Source of the DNA: Eledone cirrhosa
Taxonomy: Eukaryota
Direction of reading: 5' to 3'
Assembly (NCBI GenBank): GCA_964016885.1
Contig: OZ024743.1
Coordinates: 201,128,001-201,192,000, forward strand
Length of the DNA stretch: 64,000 nt
Positions within the stretch are counted from its first letter, which is position 1; each line of letters begins with the position of its first letter. The position numbers were made by a program, and so were the translations under genes. Shown in pieces: positions 39,407 to 55,169 of the stretch. Below the pieces are notes generated by a model. It made no database searches and had not been told where the DNA came from. It was given only the letters and a program-made list of their open reading frames with translations.

Positions 39407-41566
39407 TGTCTAACCATCAGCTCTATAGCATTTCTTTGTCCATTTTCCCACGTTTGTTTAGCCCAACATTTTCAAAGTCACCACCATTGACTATTAAGTT
39501 TAATTAACTGGAAAATAAGGCAAGATTGATTAAATACAGTAGTACTTGTTGCACGCTTTCATAAATCTTAATCAATATGTGCTATGGCCAATTTGAAACT
39601 AGACTATAACTGTTTTGGTTGTTGTTGTTGTTATTGTTATTGTAGTTGTAGTTGTTTAGCCCCAGGTCTGCTGTGATTGAGCAGGCTTATCATTAAAAGC
39701 TTTCTAGCTATTGACCATTCCACAATAATACATAAACACACACACATCATCATCATCATTATCATCATTTAATGTTTGGTTTTGCTTGCTATAGCAAGGG
39801 TTGGATGGGTCATTACAGACCAAATTAGTACTTAATCAGAGCTACTGACTTCCCAGAAGTGCCACAGAACTGCTTCTTTTTACATATATTCCCACACTTT
39901 ACATAGTGCACAAGGTGCATTTTATTGCGACACAAGCTTTTATTTGACACAGCTGATGAGTCCTTGCTTTATTTAGTAGCCTTTTCACAGCTGGGTGCCT
40001 TTCCTATCACCAACCGTTTTATAAAATGTGCTGCATGTGTTTATTATATAGATCTCCCAGCACTCACTGTAAATGAGGTTGGTGTTAGAAAGGGCATCCA
40101 GCTGTAGAAATCAAGCCAGAATCAGTAACTGTATGAGCAAGACATGGTCAGCCGACCGGATACTGCCCACAAGAAGACAACCCGTCTAACCCATGCTAGC
40201 GTGGAAGAACAGACATAAAAACGGTGACGATGATGATGATGATGATGACCAACACTAGAGAGGTTGGGGTGCTGTTCCTTTGACACAACTGAAGAATTCT
40301 ATCAACCTAATTCTACACACACTAAAACACATACACTCTGCACTGGCTTAGGAAATAGAAGGGACTGTTTGTTATAGGCACTTATGTGTAACTCCTGGTC
40401 TTTCAGTTACTACTATACCTTCACAGCTGTCTCAATACTCCACCCTTCACCAACTATGTACACCACATTTACCTACCTCTGCAATCTCTCCCTTTGGTAA
40501 AGTTATATGTAATGTGAAGAGTTTTTATCATAGAAATATATCTATATCTGGTCACATAATGATATCCCTGGTATAGACCATAAAGCCTACATTTGAAATA
40601 TGTCTAGTCTGCATATATCTTCTGGTGTTAGGGCCTATGCTTTTAACGTATAGGTTGTAACATGAAAAATAATGACTTTGTATAGCCTAACATTGAGTTT
40701 TGGTTGATATCTTACCAATTCTAGAACTTGTCTATTAGTATTCCAAACACAGTAGATGCTAGTACAACTCAGCTTTTACCATCTTTTGATCTATTTCGTT
40801 CTATATTGTCAGAAAAAACAATTGCTGTGATATGTTCTACTTAAGAACCATCCAGTCTAATTAATTTTTTGCTAGGTAACAGGAAAAGATGCAAAAACTG
40901 AAATTAATTATATAAAACATGGCCCTCAACCCATCTGCTAGCATGGAAAATTGGCCAGTAAATAATGATAATGTTAATCTTCTTCTTCTTTGCCCACATA
41001 TTCCTAAGAGGGTCCTGCAAACCCTCCTTCCAGCAGGTCCTGTCAGAAGCAACCATCTCCAAATGATCCAGCTGGATCCCCAAGTGTGACCAACCAAGCT
41101 CCTGGATATTATCCAACCATCTTGCTCGAGGTCTACCCTTGGGTCCCCTGCCGGTTGGTTTTTGCCTATAAAATCTGTCCAGCGAATCTTTCCCGAGACA
41201 TTATAACCACATGCCCATAATAATGTTGTTGTTCAAAATAATCTATCCAACATTAAAGCACCTCAGTTGTGTGTTTTTTTTTCAATATAAGTTATAGCAC
41301 CTATATCTTTTATTGCTCTGTATGTTTTAATGCTTTTTCCAGCCATTTCATTGACTGACTTTTAAGTCTATTATAGATCTTGATGTTAGATTTTAGAAGT
41401 TCTATTTTGTCTTATAGCTTCTTGTTCTTTTGTATATTGACTGCTGTTTTAACTGCTTTGTTCAGGTCTCATGTATCACTTGACTTTGATAATATTGTCA
41501 GAGTTGTTCAACATTTCTTTTATAGATTTTAGCCTTTGTGCAAAGACTGTGAATGAAGGTGGGAAG

Positions 41567-41600
<34 letters not shown>

Positions 41601-41704
41601 ATTCCATCTTAGTGACCTGACAAACTTCATGACACCCAAATATCAATTAGTAGTTGTCGGTGCTAATTAGTTGATTAAATTAATCTCTCTCTCTTTCTCT
41701 GCCC

Positions 41705-42177
<473 letters not shown>

Positions 42178-42296
42178 TCCTATGCGAGCAAGACAATCAC
42201 TCTTGCCTCAAGTGGGAAAACCCCCGTCCAAACCCATGCAAGCGTGGAACACGGACGTTAAACGTTGATGATGATGATGATGATGATATATATATA

Positions 42297-42396
42297 CAGG
42301 ATGTGTCCTCAAAATGTATACACATTTTGATTACCCGTACAGGCAATATTTATTAGAATACTGTTGAAGTGTATATACATTTTTTGGGACACCCTC
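42297..42396. mobile_element. Tc1/mariner-type MITE
   Basis: ta|caggatgtgtcctcaaaatgtatacac...gtatatacatttttgggacaccctc|ta. Confidence 0.6.
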
Positions 42397-42628
42397 TATA
42401 TAACCATCATCACCATCATTATATTTATATTTTTTTCATGCTGGCAAGGTTTGAATAGATTATATATTTTTTAGACACAATTCTATGACTGCACTCCCTC
42501 ATTCCCTTTCTTGGTGCTAATTCTTGTTTTGAAGAATTTCAATCTTTGCACATTAAACCACTGAGCTGAAGGGCATGCTGTTTAAAGAGGACTTTGTCAA
42601 ATGTAAAGCAAAGGAATAAATACACACA

Positions 42629-42844
42629 CAGGGCCAGATTTAAAGGGGCAATTGCCCCAGGACGCCTGTATTGGGGAGGGAGGCACAGCAACAGCCATAG
42701 CTGAATTTAATACCTGTTTGTATAACTTTTTGATTTTAATTACTTGTGCCAAGCTAACTTTTCATATGTAAAATTGATGGGGGCATTTGCTGTGTATTCT
42801 AATTTTTTGTGCAAGAGGAGCCCCCATGTTTAAATCCAACCCTG
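42629..42844. mobile_element. hAT-like MITE
   Basis: cagggccagatttaa...ttaaatccaaccctg; homologous to 59799-60097. Confidence 0.65.
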
Positions 42845-43726
42845 CACACACACACACACACACACACACAAAGTAAGAGTCCAGCTTGAAAATCCAGTAT
42901 AGAACAACTAACGAATTAAGGTATCCATGTAAGCAATGATACATTTCAGTTAAAAACATGAAACCTACAAAAAAAAGAAACAAAAAAAAAAAAAAAAGAA
43001 ATTCCCCACCACCCAACAATACTGATACATAAGTATAATTCTTTTAAGAAGTTAGAAAAGAATCATGTTTTGGACCTTAGTTCTTCATCAGAAGATAGAT
43101 ATAGTGAGAAGGGAGGATATTTTGAGGAAGAAAAAAAAAGAAGGAAGACAGACAAAATAAATAAAAACAAAACAAAAAATATTGTGCAATTATTTGTGTA
43201 ATGTATGTATGGTATTGTAACTCCTGATAGAATCATAGAGGCGCCATATTGAAATACAGCGTTTCTGGGGCATTTTAAGCCTGGTGGACCCCATCGCTCT
43301 CCAGGCCTAAGTACAGCAGATTTTTTCCAGAGAAAGATAGAAAGTGAGAGAGAGGAAATGAGGAAGAGATATAGAGGAAGAATTGACCCCAGTACTAGAC
43401 TGGTTCTTTTTTTTTATCCATCTCGAAAGGATAAAAGGCAAAGTTGACCTCGGCAGGGTTTGACCTCAGGGAGCAGAGAGCCGGAACGAATACCTTAATG
43501 CATTCTATCCGACGTTCTAACGACTCTGCCCATTCACCGCCTTTATTTGTGTAATACACACATTTAATCTGTTTATGGCATATTCAAGATTCCTTAAGTC
43601 ATTACTACTTTATTCACACAGACATTGTTGTCATATCTCAAATTAATATAAATATTTTAAAATTTCTTATCAAATATTTTTAGTGAGAAATAGTTCATCT
43701 TGAGAAAAATTGAGAACTGTAATATG

Positions 43727-43767
<41 letters not shown>

Positions 43768-43848
43768 TGTTATATGTATGTATTTTATTATGTATATAAT
43801 TAAGTACATACACATGATATATATATATTGTATATGCATGTATATATG

Positions 43849-43879
<31 letters not shown>

Positions 43880-44011
43880 CATCATCACCATCATCATTAT
43901 CCTCATCATTTAATAAATCAAATGGATTCAGATTGAAACTGAATACCAGATACTTAGTGTAGTAGCTGTTGAAATGGTAAGAGCTCAGCCATCGGGTCTC
44001 AACTCTTTATA

Positions 44012-44047
<36 letters not shown>

Positions 44048-44049
44048 AG

Positions 44050-44538
44050 ATAAATCTACCAAAATATACGGTAGTGTCCAATCCGTATGAAGAACTCAAT
44101 GTAATCCAAATATCATGAAAAGAAAAGATGTATTCAAAAATTTTTTCGATGAAAATCACAGGAAAACAGAGTTAAGATAAATTAATAAAAACAATGAATA
44201 AAAACAAAGAAACAGTTCCTTATATTAAAAAATTCATCATTTTACGATAGTTTCTAGGATATATATGTGTGTGTTGGTATGTATATCATATAGATCTATG
44301 TAAAAATTTTACAAACTATCAGAGGGAATATACATACCTACATATATATATGCTATCTTCAGAAATAATATATGTAGGTTGTATATTCCCTCTGATAGTT
44401 TGTAAAATGTTTACATAGATCTATATGATATACATACCAACATACACATATATATCCTAGAAACGATCGTAAAATGATGAATTTTTTAATATAAGGAACT
44501 GTTTCTTTGTTTTTATTCATTGTTTTTGTTAATTTATA
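44050..44538. mobile_element. Head-to-head inverted HHR element (arms ~44177-44347 / 44369-44538)
   Basis: ~170-bp near-perfect palindrome between simple repeats. Confidence 0.8.
44236..44369 (-). ncRNA. Type I hammerhead with a ~100-nt extended helix II
   Basis: attattt-CTGAAGA-tagcatatatatgt...acatatatatccta-GAAAC-tatc-GTA-aaatgat; the sister arm has palindromic ACGATCGT. Confidence 0.7.
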
Positions 44539-44694
44539 TATTTAAATATATAGGTATTATGAATGTATGTATATATATGTATGTGTATTTATATATAATC
44601 ATTCAACAGGATGTAGCTATTTAAACTACATGTACACTCTAATTTAGTTCATACATACATGCATGCACGTACACACATACATATATGTATAGAT

Positions 44695-44744
<50 letters not shown>

Positions 44745-46949
44745 GTATATATACATGTGTTTTTGTTGGACTTCTATTGGTTCTGACATTGTTTGATCAA
44801 TGCATCAGCCTGCAGGTAGTTGACCAGACACATGTGTCCCAAATATGGACTGGCATGTGACAAAGCTGTCCCATTTTTTTCAGCTGAATGGACAGTAGTA
44901 ACGTCAAATAAAGTGTCTTGCTGAAGGAGACAAGGCAATAACTTGAACTCACAACCTTACAACTGTTTAGCTGAACACCCTAACCACTCAGCTATATGCC
45001 TTCACATTTTTGTTTACAAAGCAAAGAAAAAGTACTCAAACATGATGTAGAGTTTATATGTATCAGGAATCAGTTGAAGATTCGCTGTATTACTTCAAAG
45101 AATTTTACAAGCAATGATGATATTAAACAATAAATACAGAGTGTGGAGGAATTGAGAAAAAAGAAAAAGAAAGAAAAAGAAAACTGGGTAAAAGAGCAAT
45201 CAGGTGCAGTATGCAACAGAGAAGTCTGTACTGGTATAGACATGTGATCTATATAGACAATGAATGCTGGGTGCCACAAGATGCAGTGGAAGGGAACTGC
45301 AGCAAAGGAAGACTGAAGAAGACTTGGGCAGAAGTAGTGAGAATGGATCTCATAGAGGAGATGACGGAACACAATAGGAGGAAGGAAGCCTGCTGGTAAA
45401 GACCTGTACAATCCATTTAAGCATGGAAACAAGCTGATGTAAAAGGAAAATGATTATAAATCTAAATAAAATAATTTCTTAGCTACAAAAAGGTAAAATA
45501 TGTTCCCTGATAAATGCCATTGACAATAAACATAAAAACTGCCAAATCTCCTACAAATCACACTCAGTCATTTTTAAGAAAAGAAGACACATTGCGTAAT
45601 GCATGTTTGAAAAAGAAAAAAAAGAAAACACAATGGTCAGTACAAGAATGCTATTGATGATAAGTAGAGCTAATGCAACCATTATGGTCAATAAAACAGA
45701 TGCTTTGTGTGTACACCTCACAGAGGTGCATTGCTGAACCATCAAAAATCACATTTTTATACATATTTGTATAATCAAATTAAGTACATGATAATTTCTT
45801 GCAATCGCTAAACATCTTTGCCACAAAGCAGCATTGAGGAAATATCTGAAGTTTCAGAGAGAGTTGTAGGATGTTATGGTCCATTACAGGGTGGATTGGG
45901 TGCTTTTTATCATGATACCAGCACTACCATTTTACATAATGGACTTGGTGTTTATTGTCATGACACCAGCACAACTACTTCATAGGAGAGTGCTATAAAT
46001 TTACAGGAGTGGAGCTACAGATTTATGGGGAGGCTTAAAATGAAAGAGATACTAAGTCACTCAACTTGCTAGAAATAGCAACCATATCTTCCTTGATCAG
46101 ATCTTGGAATCAGATAAGGACAGGACATACTGCAAAATGTAATCTAAGATATTCTCTTAAACGACAGGATAGGCACTCCAGTTATTGACTAGAAATTTTT
46201 TTATTGCATAATCCCTTGAGAGAATAATAGATAAAGCCAAGGATTTGAACTCAACAGAGTGTAAAAAGAAAAAGCTGCAACTAAACAGTGAAGCTGTGCT
46301 TTATCCAGCAGTCTACCTATTCTTCTAGAAAGGAACTGACTAGATAAAATAATAGAAAGGGAATAAAAAGGTAAGACAAAGTGATTGAGAAAGAGAAAGA
46401 GAGAGGTGGAAACAGAGAGAAGAGTGAGAGAAGAGGGAGAGAGAGATAAAGGAAAACAAATAATGAACTCTTCCAACACTGCCTTCACCATCACTTAAAC
46501 ACAACACAGAACTGTGGTAAACATGATGGATTCTCTAAGCTGTTGCTTGATCTGCTAGAAATGTCTACAAAATGCCGCTGAAATGACACCTTACAATTTA
46601 CAGAGGGATATATTGGATGGGTATTCCTGAGTGTACCGTACATAGGAAAACATTGGGATGGTCATGGTTGGAATACCTTTAATCACAGGTCTCCTTGATC
46701 TGGAATGATCTGGAGTTACAATAATAATAACAACAACAACAACAAATAGTATAGCAACAGCAAAGGACACAATATCTTTGTTGTATCTAAGTATGAGACA
46801 ATCCAGATAAAGATTTATGAGAACTTGCTTGTCATTGTCATAATCATTACCATCATCATAACCATCATTATTGTGTTCATAGTCATCATCATCACAATTA
46901 TCAACATCAACTTCATCCTCCCCTCTCTCCCCCTCTCTCGCTCTCTCTC

Positions 46950-48680
<1,731 letters not shown>

Positions 48681-49245
48681 CTCTGCTGCTGCCATCATCT
48701 CTCCTGCACTAAATAGCATGTTTTTTTTCACTGTATTCTCTGTCTATCTGACTACTCTCTCTCTCTCTCTCTTTCTCCCCTTCTCTCCCTCTCTCTCTGT
48801 GTCTATCACTGTTTTTTTTTATCTTTGCATGCTTCACTATTATGTTTACATAAAGCCTTCATTGTAATAAGTATACCCTCACATGTATATATCCTTATAT
48901 GCATACAATCATATACTCCCATATTTTCATTGTCATTATCAGTTTCACATAATTTTCTTACTAGCATGGGCTGGACAGGACCCTTTCAAGTGGCTCGATA
49001 CCCTTCTTCACACCAACAGTTCTAGTCACTTCTTAAGACATTCAAGGATATAGTATATATATATATAGATATGCCAACACTAGAGCCACAATGGCGAGGT
49101 TGTTCTATTCACATGATTTAAGAGGTTGTTTGCATAATTGCAAATGAATTAAATATTATTATTAATATTCGAAATTTACATTTCTTGTATTCAGCCATGT
49201 AGAGCGATAAAACTATTTGTTAGTTTTATATATATATATATATAT

Positions 49246-49365
49246 TGAAAGGATAACAAGGACGATTGGTTACTCAATCCTTACATTTATTGGTAGGTGA
49301 CGCGCGTTTCGCCACTGTTCAGCTCAAGGTTCGATCTGTATCAATCTTACCCGACTCTGTAATCC
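49246..49365 (-). ncRNA. 3' half of a hammerhead related to the 51.1-51.6 kb family
   Basis: ...ccttgagctgaacagtggc-GAAAC-gcgc-GTC-acctacc; the CTGANGA half is missing. Confidence 0.5.
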
Positions 49366-49490
49366 GCAGCACGATGGACCATTTATCTTTTCAATATAAT
49401 ACACTCTGTATAGCTCTACACCTCGACTCAGAAGTGAACCTAAACATCGAGTGCTCACCCGAGTGAACCTACAGTAACTCCAAGTACACT

Positions 49491-49524
<34 letters not shown>

Positions 49525-49528
<4 letters not shown>

Positions 49529-50270
49529 GTTAATATGTCCAGGGATACTAGGTACCCCTAGAAATATATAGGTTGTCTATGATTCAAGGTTGTTCAATGG
49601 TGTTAATTTGATACACCAGAACTTTAATGAGCTTTGGTTTTCCATCATAAATCCATCGGATTTATGAGGTTTTACAAAGCGAAACTGATCAGTAAGGGCC
49701 ACTAGGAGAGGTAAATATTTATATTATATTTTTTAATGTATTTTGAAAAATTGATTGAATTTTACTTGTTCTGCTTATCTTAATATTAAAGTTCTGGTGT
49801 ATCAAATTAACACCATTGAACAACCTTGAATCATAGACAACCTATATATTTCTAGGGGTACCTAGTATCCCTGGACATATTAACTTCTACCTTTTTCTCC
49901 GTCCGTTGAGAACAATCCTGTTGCTCTACTTGGCTGCTATTTTTTTAGTAGTAATTGTAGACAGCAAGTCTTTGATTCTCCCGCTTTTACTTCGGTCCAG
50001 TTTACATACGGGGCAATTTTACGACCTTTCAGACCTTTATTAGCTGGCAGGAGGTTGTATATTTTGTCGTTCCTGGGACGTTTAGCCCTAGGAAGGGAAA
50101 ATGCTTCTCTGATGAGCTTTGGTTTTCCATCATAAATCCATCGGATTTATGAGGTTTTACAAAGCGAAACTGATCAGTAAGGGCCACTTGGAGAGGTAAA
50201 TATTTATATTATATTTTTTAATGTATTTTGAAAAATTGATTGAATTTTACTTGTTCTGCTTATCTTAATA
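49525..50270. mobile_element. Retrozyme-like element: ~100-bp inverted arm + ~1.3 tandem copies of a 485-bp unit, in (TA)n
   Basis: atgagctttgg at 49627 and 50112; 49525-49628 is the reverse complement of ~49785-49889. Confidence 0.85.
50102..50186 (+). ncRNA. Type I hammerhead ribozyme
   Basis: tgcttct-CTGATGA-gctttg..(hairpin)..caaagc-GAAAC-tgatca-GTA-agggcca; helix I is imperfect. Confidence 0.75.
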
Positions 50271-50349
50271 TATATATATATATATATATAACCTGCCAAT
50301 ACTGGAATTGAATAATCAAAACCATAGTGGTATGTCACATATCAAATGA

Positions 50350-50416
50350 TATATTTTGTCTGATGAAAATGTACTTAAACACCATTGTACCTTTGAAATA
50401 TATATAATAAAATATA
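50350..50416 (+). ncRNA. Type I hammerhead ribozyme
   Basis: tatattttgt-CTGATGA-aaatgtac..gtaccttt-GAAA-tatata-TA-ataaaatata. Confidence 0.7.
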
Positions 50417-50457
50417 TATTTTGATTATGAGAATATTTTTCATTTATTAACATTCTG

Positions 50458-50503
<46 letters not shown>

Positions 50504-50564
50504 AAATGTGTGAAATCCTTGGTACAGTAAGGTATATTTGAAAAAAGGAAATGAATGACTTCAC

Positions 50565-50975
50565 ATCATCATCATCATCATCATCATCTTCGTTTAACGT
50601 CCATTTTCCACGCTAGCATGGGTTAGACGGGAGTTGTCCCGCTTGAGGCAAGGCTGGTTGGGTGACCGTGTCTCGCTCATATAGGACTATCTGGCAGGTT
50701 TTCTACAGCTGGATGCCCTTCCTAACCCCAACCACATTTACAGTGTGGAACTGGGAGGTTTTTACCGTGATACCTACACGGCCACATTACAGCGTGGACT
50801 GTGTGTTTTTAACAATCTCGATCTCATTTTCTCATGCTGTTGGTGGGAGTGGGAGGATAGGGTAGGGCTAGTGGATTGGGGTGTATATTTGGTCAAGAGG
50901 TGCCTACTGACTGTAGGTTTCGCTTTGTACATAGGCAAGGCGGGTCTTCTGCATTACTGCGTAGCACCAAAGATG
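50565..50975 (-). mobile_element. RTE LINE 3' end fragment
   Basis: Matches the 3' UTR and last codons of 57037-57797. Confidence 0.85.
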
Positions 50976-51167
50976 TAGTTGAAATATCAACTAAGAGTGA
51001 AATCAATCTTTTCCTTTTTTACAAATATATGTATATATATATAGTTATATGGTGGCATGTGTCCGTAGGCGGTATGCTAGTTGAGCACTCGATGCTCGCG
51101 TAGAGCAGAGTATAACACTATAAGGATAAGGAACAAGGATTCGGTGTTGCATCATAACATATTTAAT

Positions 51168-51261
51168 AACATATTACATATGTTTCACTATCGATCAGCT
51201 CAAGGCAAGACCTATTATAGATGAAACCTGACTCTGTAATCGAAAGATCGTCAGATAGGCT
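51168..51261 (-). ncRNA. Type I hammerhead (left arm of the inverted element 51117-51562)
   Basis: agcctat-CTGACGA-...-GAAAC-atat-GTA-atatgtt. Confidence 0.7.
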
Positions 51262-51419
51262 TAGTATATGAGCTTGTCATATACCAAGCAGACTGATGAT
51301 AGTGATGGAATAATTGAAGAAATGAACGGATGTAGAATAACATGATGTTAAAAATGTGCTGTAGATAGATAATAGCTAGAGATTTACACACACAGAATCG
51401 GAGACGAGACCATATACCA

Positions 51420-51511
51420 AGCATATCTGATGATCTTTCGATTACAGAGACAGATTCGATCTATAATAGGTCTTGCCTCAAGCTGATCGATAATGAAACA
51501 TGTAATATGTT
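51420..51511 (+). ncRNA. Type I hammerhead (right arm)
   Basis: agcatat-CTGATGA-tctttcgatta..tgatcgataat-GAAAC-at-GTA-atatgtt. Confidence 0.75.
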
Positions 51512-51770
51512 ATTAAATATGTTATGATGCAACACTGAATCCTTGTTCCTTATCCTTATAGTATATATATATATTTTTTTTTTTTTTAGAAAGAGACAGG
51601 GCCCAATGGCTGAGCTCTTGCCATTTCAACAGCTAGTTCTACACTCTACAATTCCAGATATCAAATATTCTGTTGAATAACTAATTTAATATTGGTTTCA
51701 TCCTGATATATATATATATATATATATGGAGGAGGTTATAGTTCACTTGAAGCATTGTGTAATGAGGTAC

Positions 51771-52167
51771 AAACGTTTGTATATGTATAATAAAGCCAAA
51801 ACAATGCAGGTATGGACATAGAATAAAGAATGCAAATGCAAAAGATATTGTTGACAATTAGTCTTTTACCTTAGATTTATTTAAATGTCCTTAATTTTCG
51901 AGATAATATCTCTTCTTTCGAGGGAAGTAAAGCGGTTAAACCAGTGTTCTAAATAGCTTGCCAAGTCATGCTGACAGGAAATGGCAAGCTATTTAGAACA
52001 CTAGTTTAACCACTTTACTTCCCTCCGAAGAAGAGATATCTCGAAAATTAAGGACATTTAAATAAATCTAAGGTAAAAGAATAATTGTCAACAATATCTT
52101 TTGCATTTGCATTCTTTATTCTATGTCCATACCTGCATTGTTTTGGCTTTATTATACATATACAAAC

Positions 52168-52171
<4 letters not shown>
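51771..52171. mobile_element. Head-to-head palindrome (arms 51771-51963 / 51982-52171) with a degenerate hammerhead-like core
   Basis: ~190-bp arms; tccct-CCGAAGA-agagatatctc-GAAA-at-TA-agga near 52020-52055. Confidence 0.65.
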
Positions 52172-52207
<36 letters not shown>

Positions 52208-53185
52208 AAGAAGTGTAAGTCAACAGGTTAAAATTAACTTTGTTTATTCATATTTGTTGTAATATATATTTCAGTGATAACCATTATTCAACAGCTATGA
52301 CCTCACCAGACTAGTTCTAGAACAGAAAAAACGAAAAACATAATGATGGAACAAAGTTTACCTCTGTTATTTGTCCTTTGCTATGCCCTGTCCTGATGTA
52401 TGGTGTTGTTTTCTCAAAGAACTGGTGGCATATATTCATATATATATTCAGAGAGAGAGAGATGAATATGAACTAACAGTAAGACATGTTACATAGAAAT
52501 ATATATGATGGCTGCAACTTGATTTTGAGTAATGCCATCACTTAATACTTAAGCATGACGTTCATTTTCTTACTAGCATGGGCTGGACAGGACACTATCA
52601 AGTAGTGTTTTATGGCTAGATACCCTTCCTGACATCAACAGTTTTAGTCACATCTCAAGTACTGCCTGAGCTTGAAGCTTTTTTTTAAGTGAGGAAAGGC
52701 TTTGCACGGGGCCAATTCCATTCTTTGAACATTGAATGCATTTGCCCCAAAAGAAGAACTGGTCTATATTATTGGATGCAAACGAAGTTGCAGGTTTTAT
52801 ATCAGAGTGACCTTCTAGAGAGATGTCTTAATGAAGACTAGGAGTCTAACGCTAAACAAGAAAAACAAATTTTAATTTATTGGATGGCCATTGACTCTCC
52901 TGAGTTCCTCTGCACTTTGATGGGTTTTGTTTTTCATCTCACAGGGAAAAAAGTAAAGATGCTCTTCAGGATTTGTACCTAGAAGGCACAAGTCCGGGCA
53001 AGGTTGTTTGTGGAAGACCTGCAGTTACTCATATATACCAGTCTCCCCTTCTTCATGTCACTGATGTTGTCCAAGGGAAATGCAATGGCTGATACAACTT
53101 GGCATCGGTGACGTCACATGTGTCACTCAAATACATATAATACAATAAATACAATTATGTAAAATTGGTCTTACTGTTATTTCAT

Positions 53186-53296
<111 letters not shown>

Positions 53297-54159
53297 TATA
53301 TATATATAATTCAGGGAAACAATGATGAATAAAATGCAAATAGATACTAAGGGAAGGAAAGTGGTTGGGGAGAGGATAGGTGTACTTTCATACAACGATG
53401 GATGTGACAGGGTGTGAGAAATGTGGGTTGGATTGAGTTCTGTGTGTATTTAGGATTTCAGTAGAGTAGCTGTAGGAAGGATTGTTAATATGAAATGGAG
53501 AGGATGTGAGTGGGTGTTGAGTCAATGAACAAACGTCGATGAAATTTATTCATATGTTGTAATCATTAAGAAATGAGGAATGCATTCTTTAAGAATAGTT
53601 TCATAGTAAGCTAAAATTCTTAGCTCAGCAATCATTTATTAATCCTGTCCTACATCCCTGGCTCAGTCAATCTATCCCCACCCATAAACCACTGCCACCG
53701 CCACTGCCACCACCACCACTACCACAACTAATGCCATCTCCGTCTTTCCTACTGCAGTCATCCATATCATCATTGTTTTCGTCTCTTCCCTTCTCTTACA
53801 CCACCACAACTGCCATCATTCACCAACTCCACCCTCCTACAAACACTACTGCTATCACTGTCTCTACCACTAACACCACTACCACCACCTCTATTTATTA
53901 TCAATTACCATCCCTTTCCTTCTTTCACTTGTTCATCAGTGTTGTACTTTCATTTTCACTTTCATTTTAGTACAATAACAATTCTCTTTCATTATTCTTC
54001 TATCTCCGTCTCTCCTTCCCTTTCCTTTTCTTATTACCCCCTCCTCTTTCAAATTCCTTTAGTCATAAACTCTGTTGCTGATTCCTTCTCACAAGTGGAG
54101 GGAAAATATAGAAAAGTGGCCATAAATCAGTAATGATATATATATCTACTGTCATATTA

Positions 54160-54290
54160 ACCACACTATAGCCATGTTGGCCATACCATGGAATTGTTGA
54201 CCCTACTACAGCTTTGTTGGCCATACTACAGCCTTGTTGGCCATACTACAGCCATGTTGACCATACCACTGCTATCTTGACTATACCATT
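54160..54290. repeat. 20-bp tandem repeat
   Basis: Unit ccatactacagccatgttgg. Confidence 0.75.
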
Positions 54291-54564
54291 GCCGTTCTAT
54301 ATGGAATCTTATTTCTCTTACAGAAACAATACCCTGTTGTCACTGGAGTTGAGAAGCGCTTCTTAAATTCTGGAGGTATACACACACACTCATCACTCAC
54401 TCACTCACACACACACACACGCACACACACATATACATATATACTTATGTTATAGGGAGGCTCCTAATTGTATGTATGTAAAAGGTAAACAGAAATAACA
54501 ACACAATCGGTACAGTATATGGAAGGGATATGTTAGGTTAAGACTTGTTATAACAGGAAGAGGG

Positions 54565-54600
54565 TCTTAACGTTTCGGATGCTAGTCCTTCATCAGAAGA
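54565..54600 (-). ncRNA. Penelope-type minimal hammerhead; decayed relatives at 43061-43095(-) and ~30558-30595(+)
   Basis: tctt-CTGATGA-agga-ctagca-tcc-GAAAC-GTT-aaga. Confidence 0.75.
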
Positions 54601-55085
54601 AAGAATGAAAAATAAGATAGAATGAGGGGACGGGCGGGTTGGAATTGGAAAAAATGTCTTTAGATATATATATATATATATAATAGTAGTAGTATGCACC
54701 ACCCCACACCCACCCTTCCATACATATCCCATGTGGTCAGTCTGAAGCATACATCTAGTGAAGCCTCCAGTCCACACAGTGAAGTGTTTGTAATGACAAA
54801 ACAACAAAAAGCACCCAGCCCACACTGCGAAGTAGTCATGTAGGTAGCCCCCCCCCCCCCCCCCCCAAAAAAAAAAATGACCACCCAGTCCACACTGTAA
54901 ATGTGGTTGGCATTAGGAAGACCATCCTGCTGAAGAAACCAACCAAAAATCAATTCTGTTTGAGCAAGACATGGTCACCTGACCTCGCATTGCCCACAGC
55001 AGGACAACTCATCTAACACATGCTAGCAATAGAAAAATGGACATTAAATTGTGATGATATATATATATATATACATGCGTGTGTG

Positions 55086-55169
<84 letters not shown>

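Noticed and set aside
39953-39975. CTGATGAGTCC hammerhead-like start (also CTGAAGA at ~37982 and CTGATGA at ~38315)
   Set aside because: There is no closing helix II, GAAA or helix I partner.
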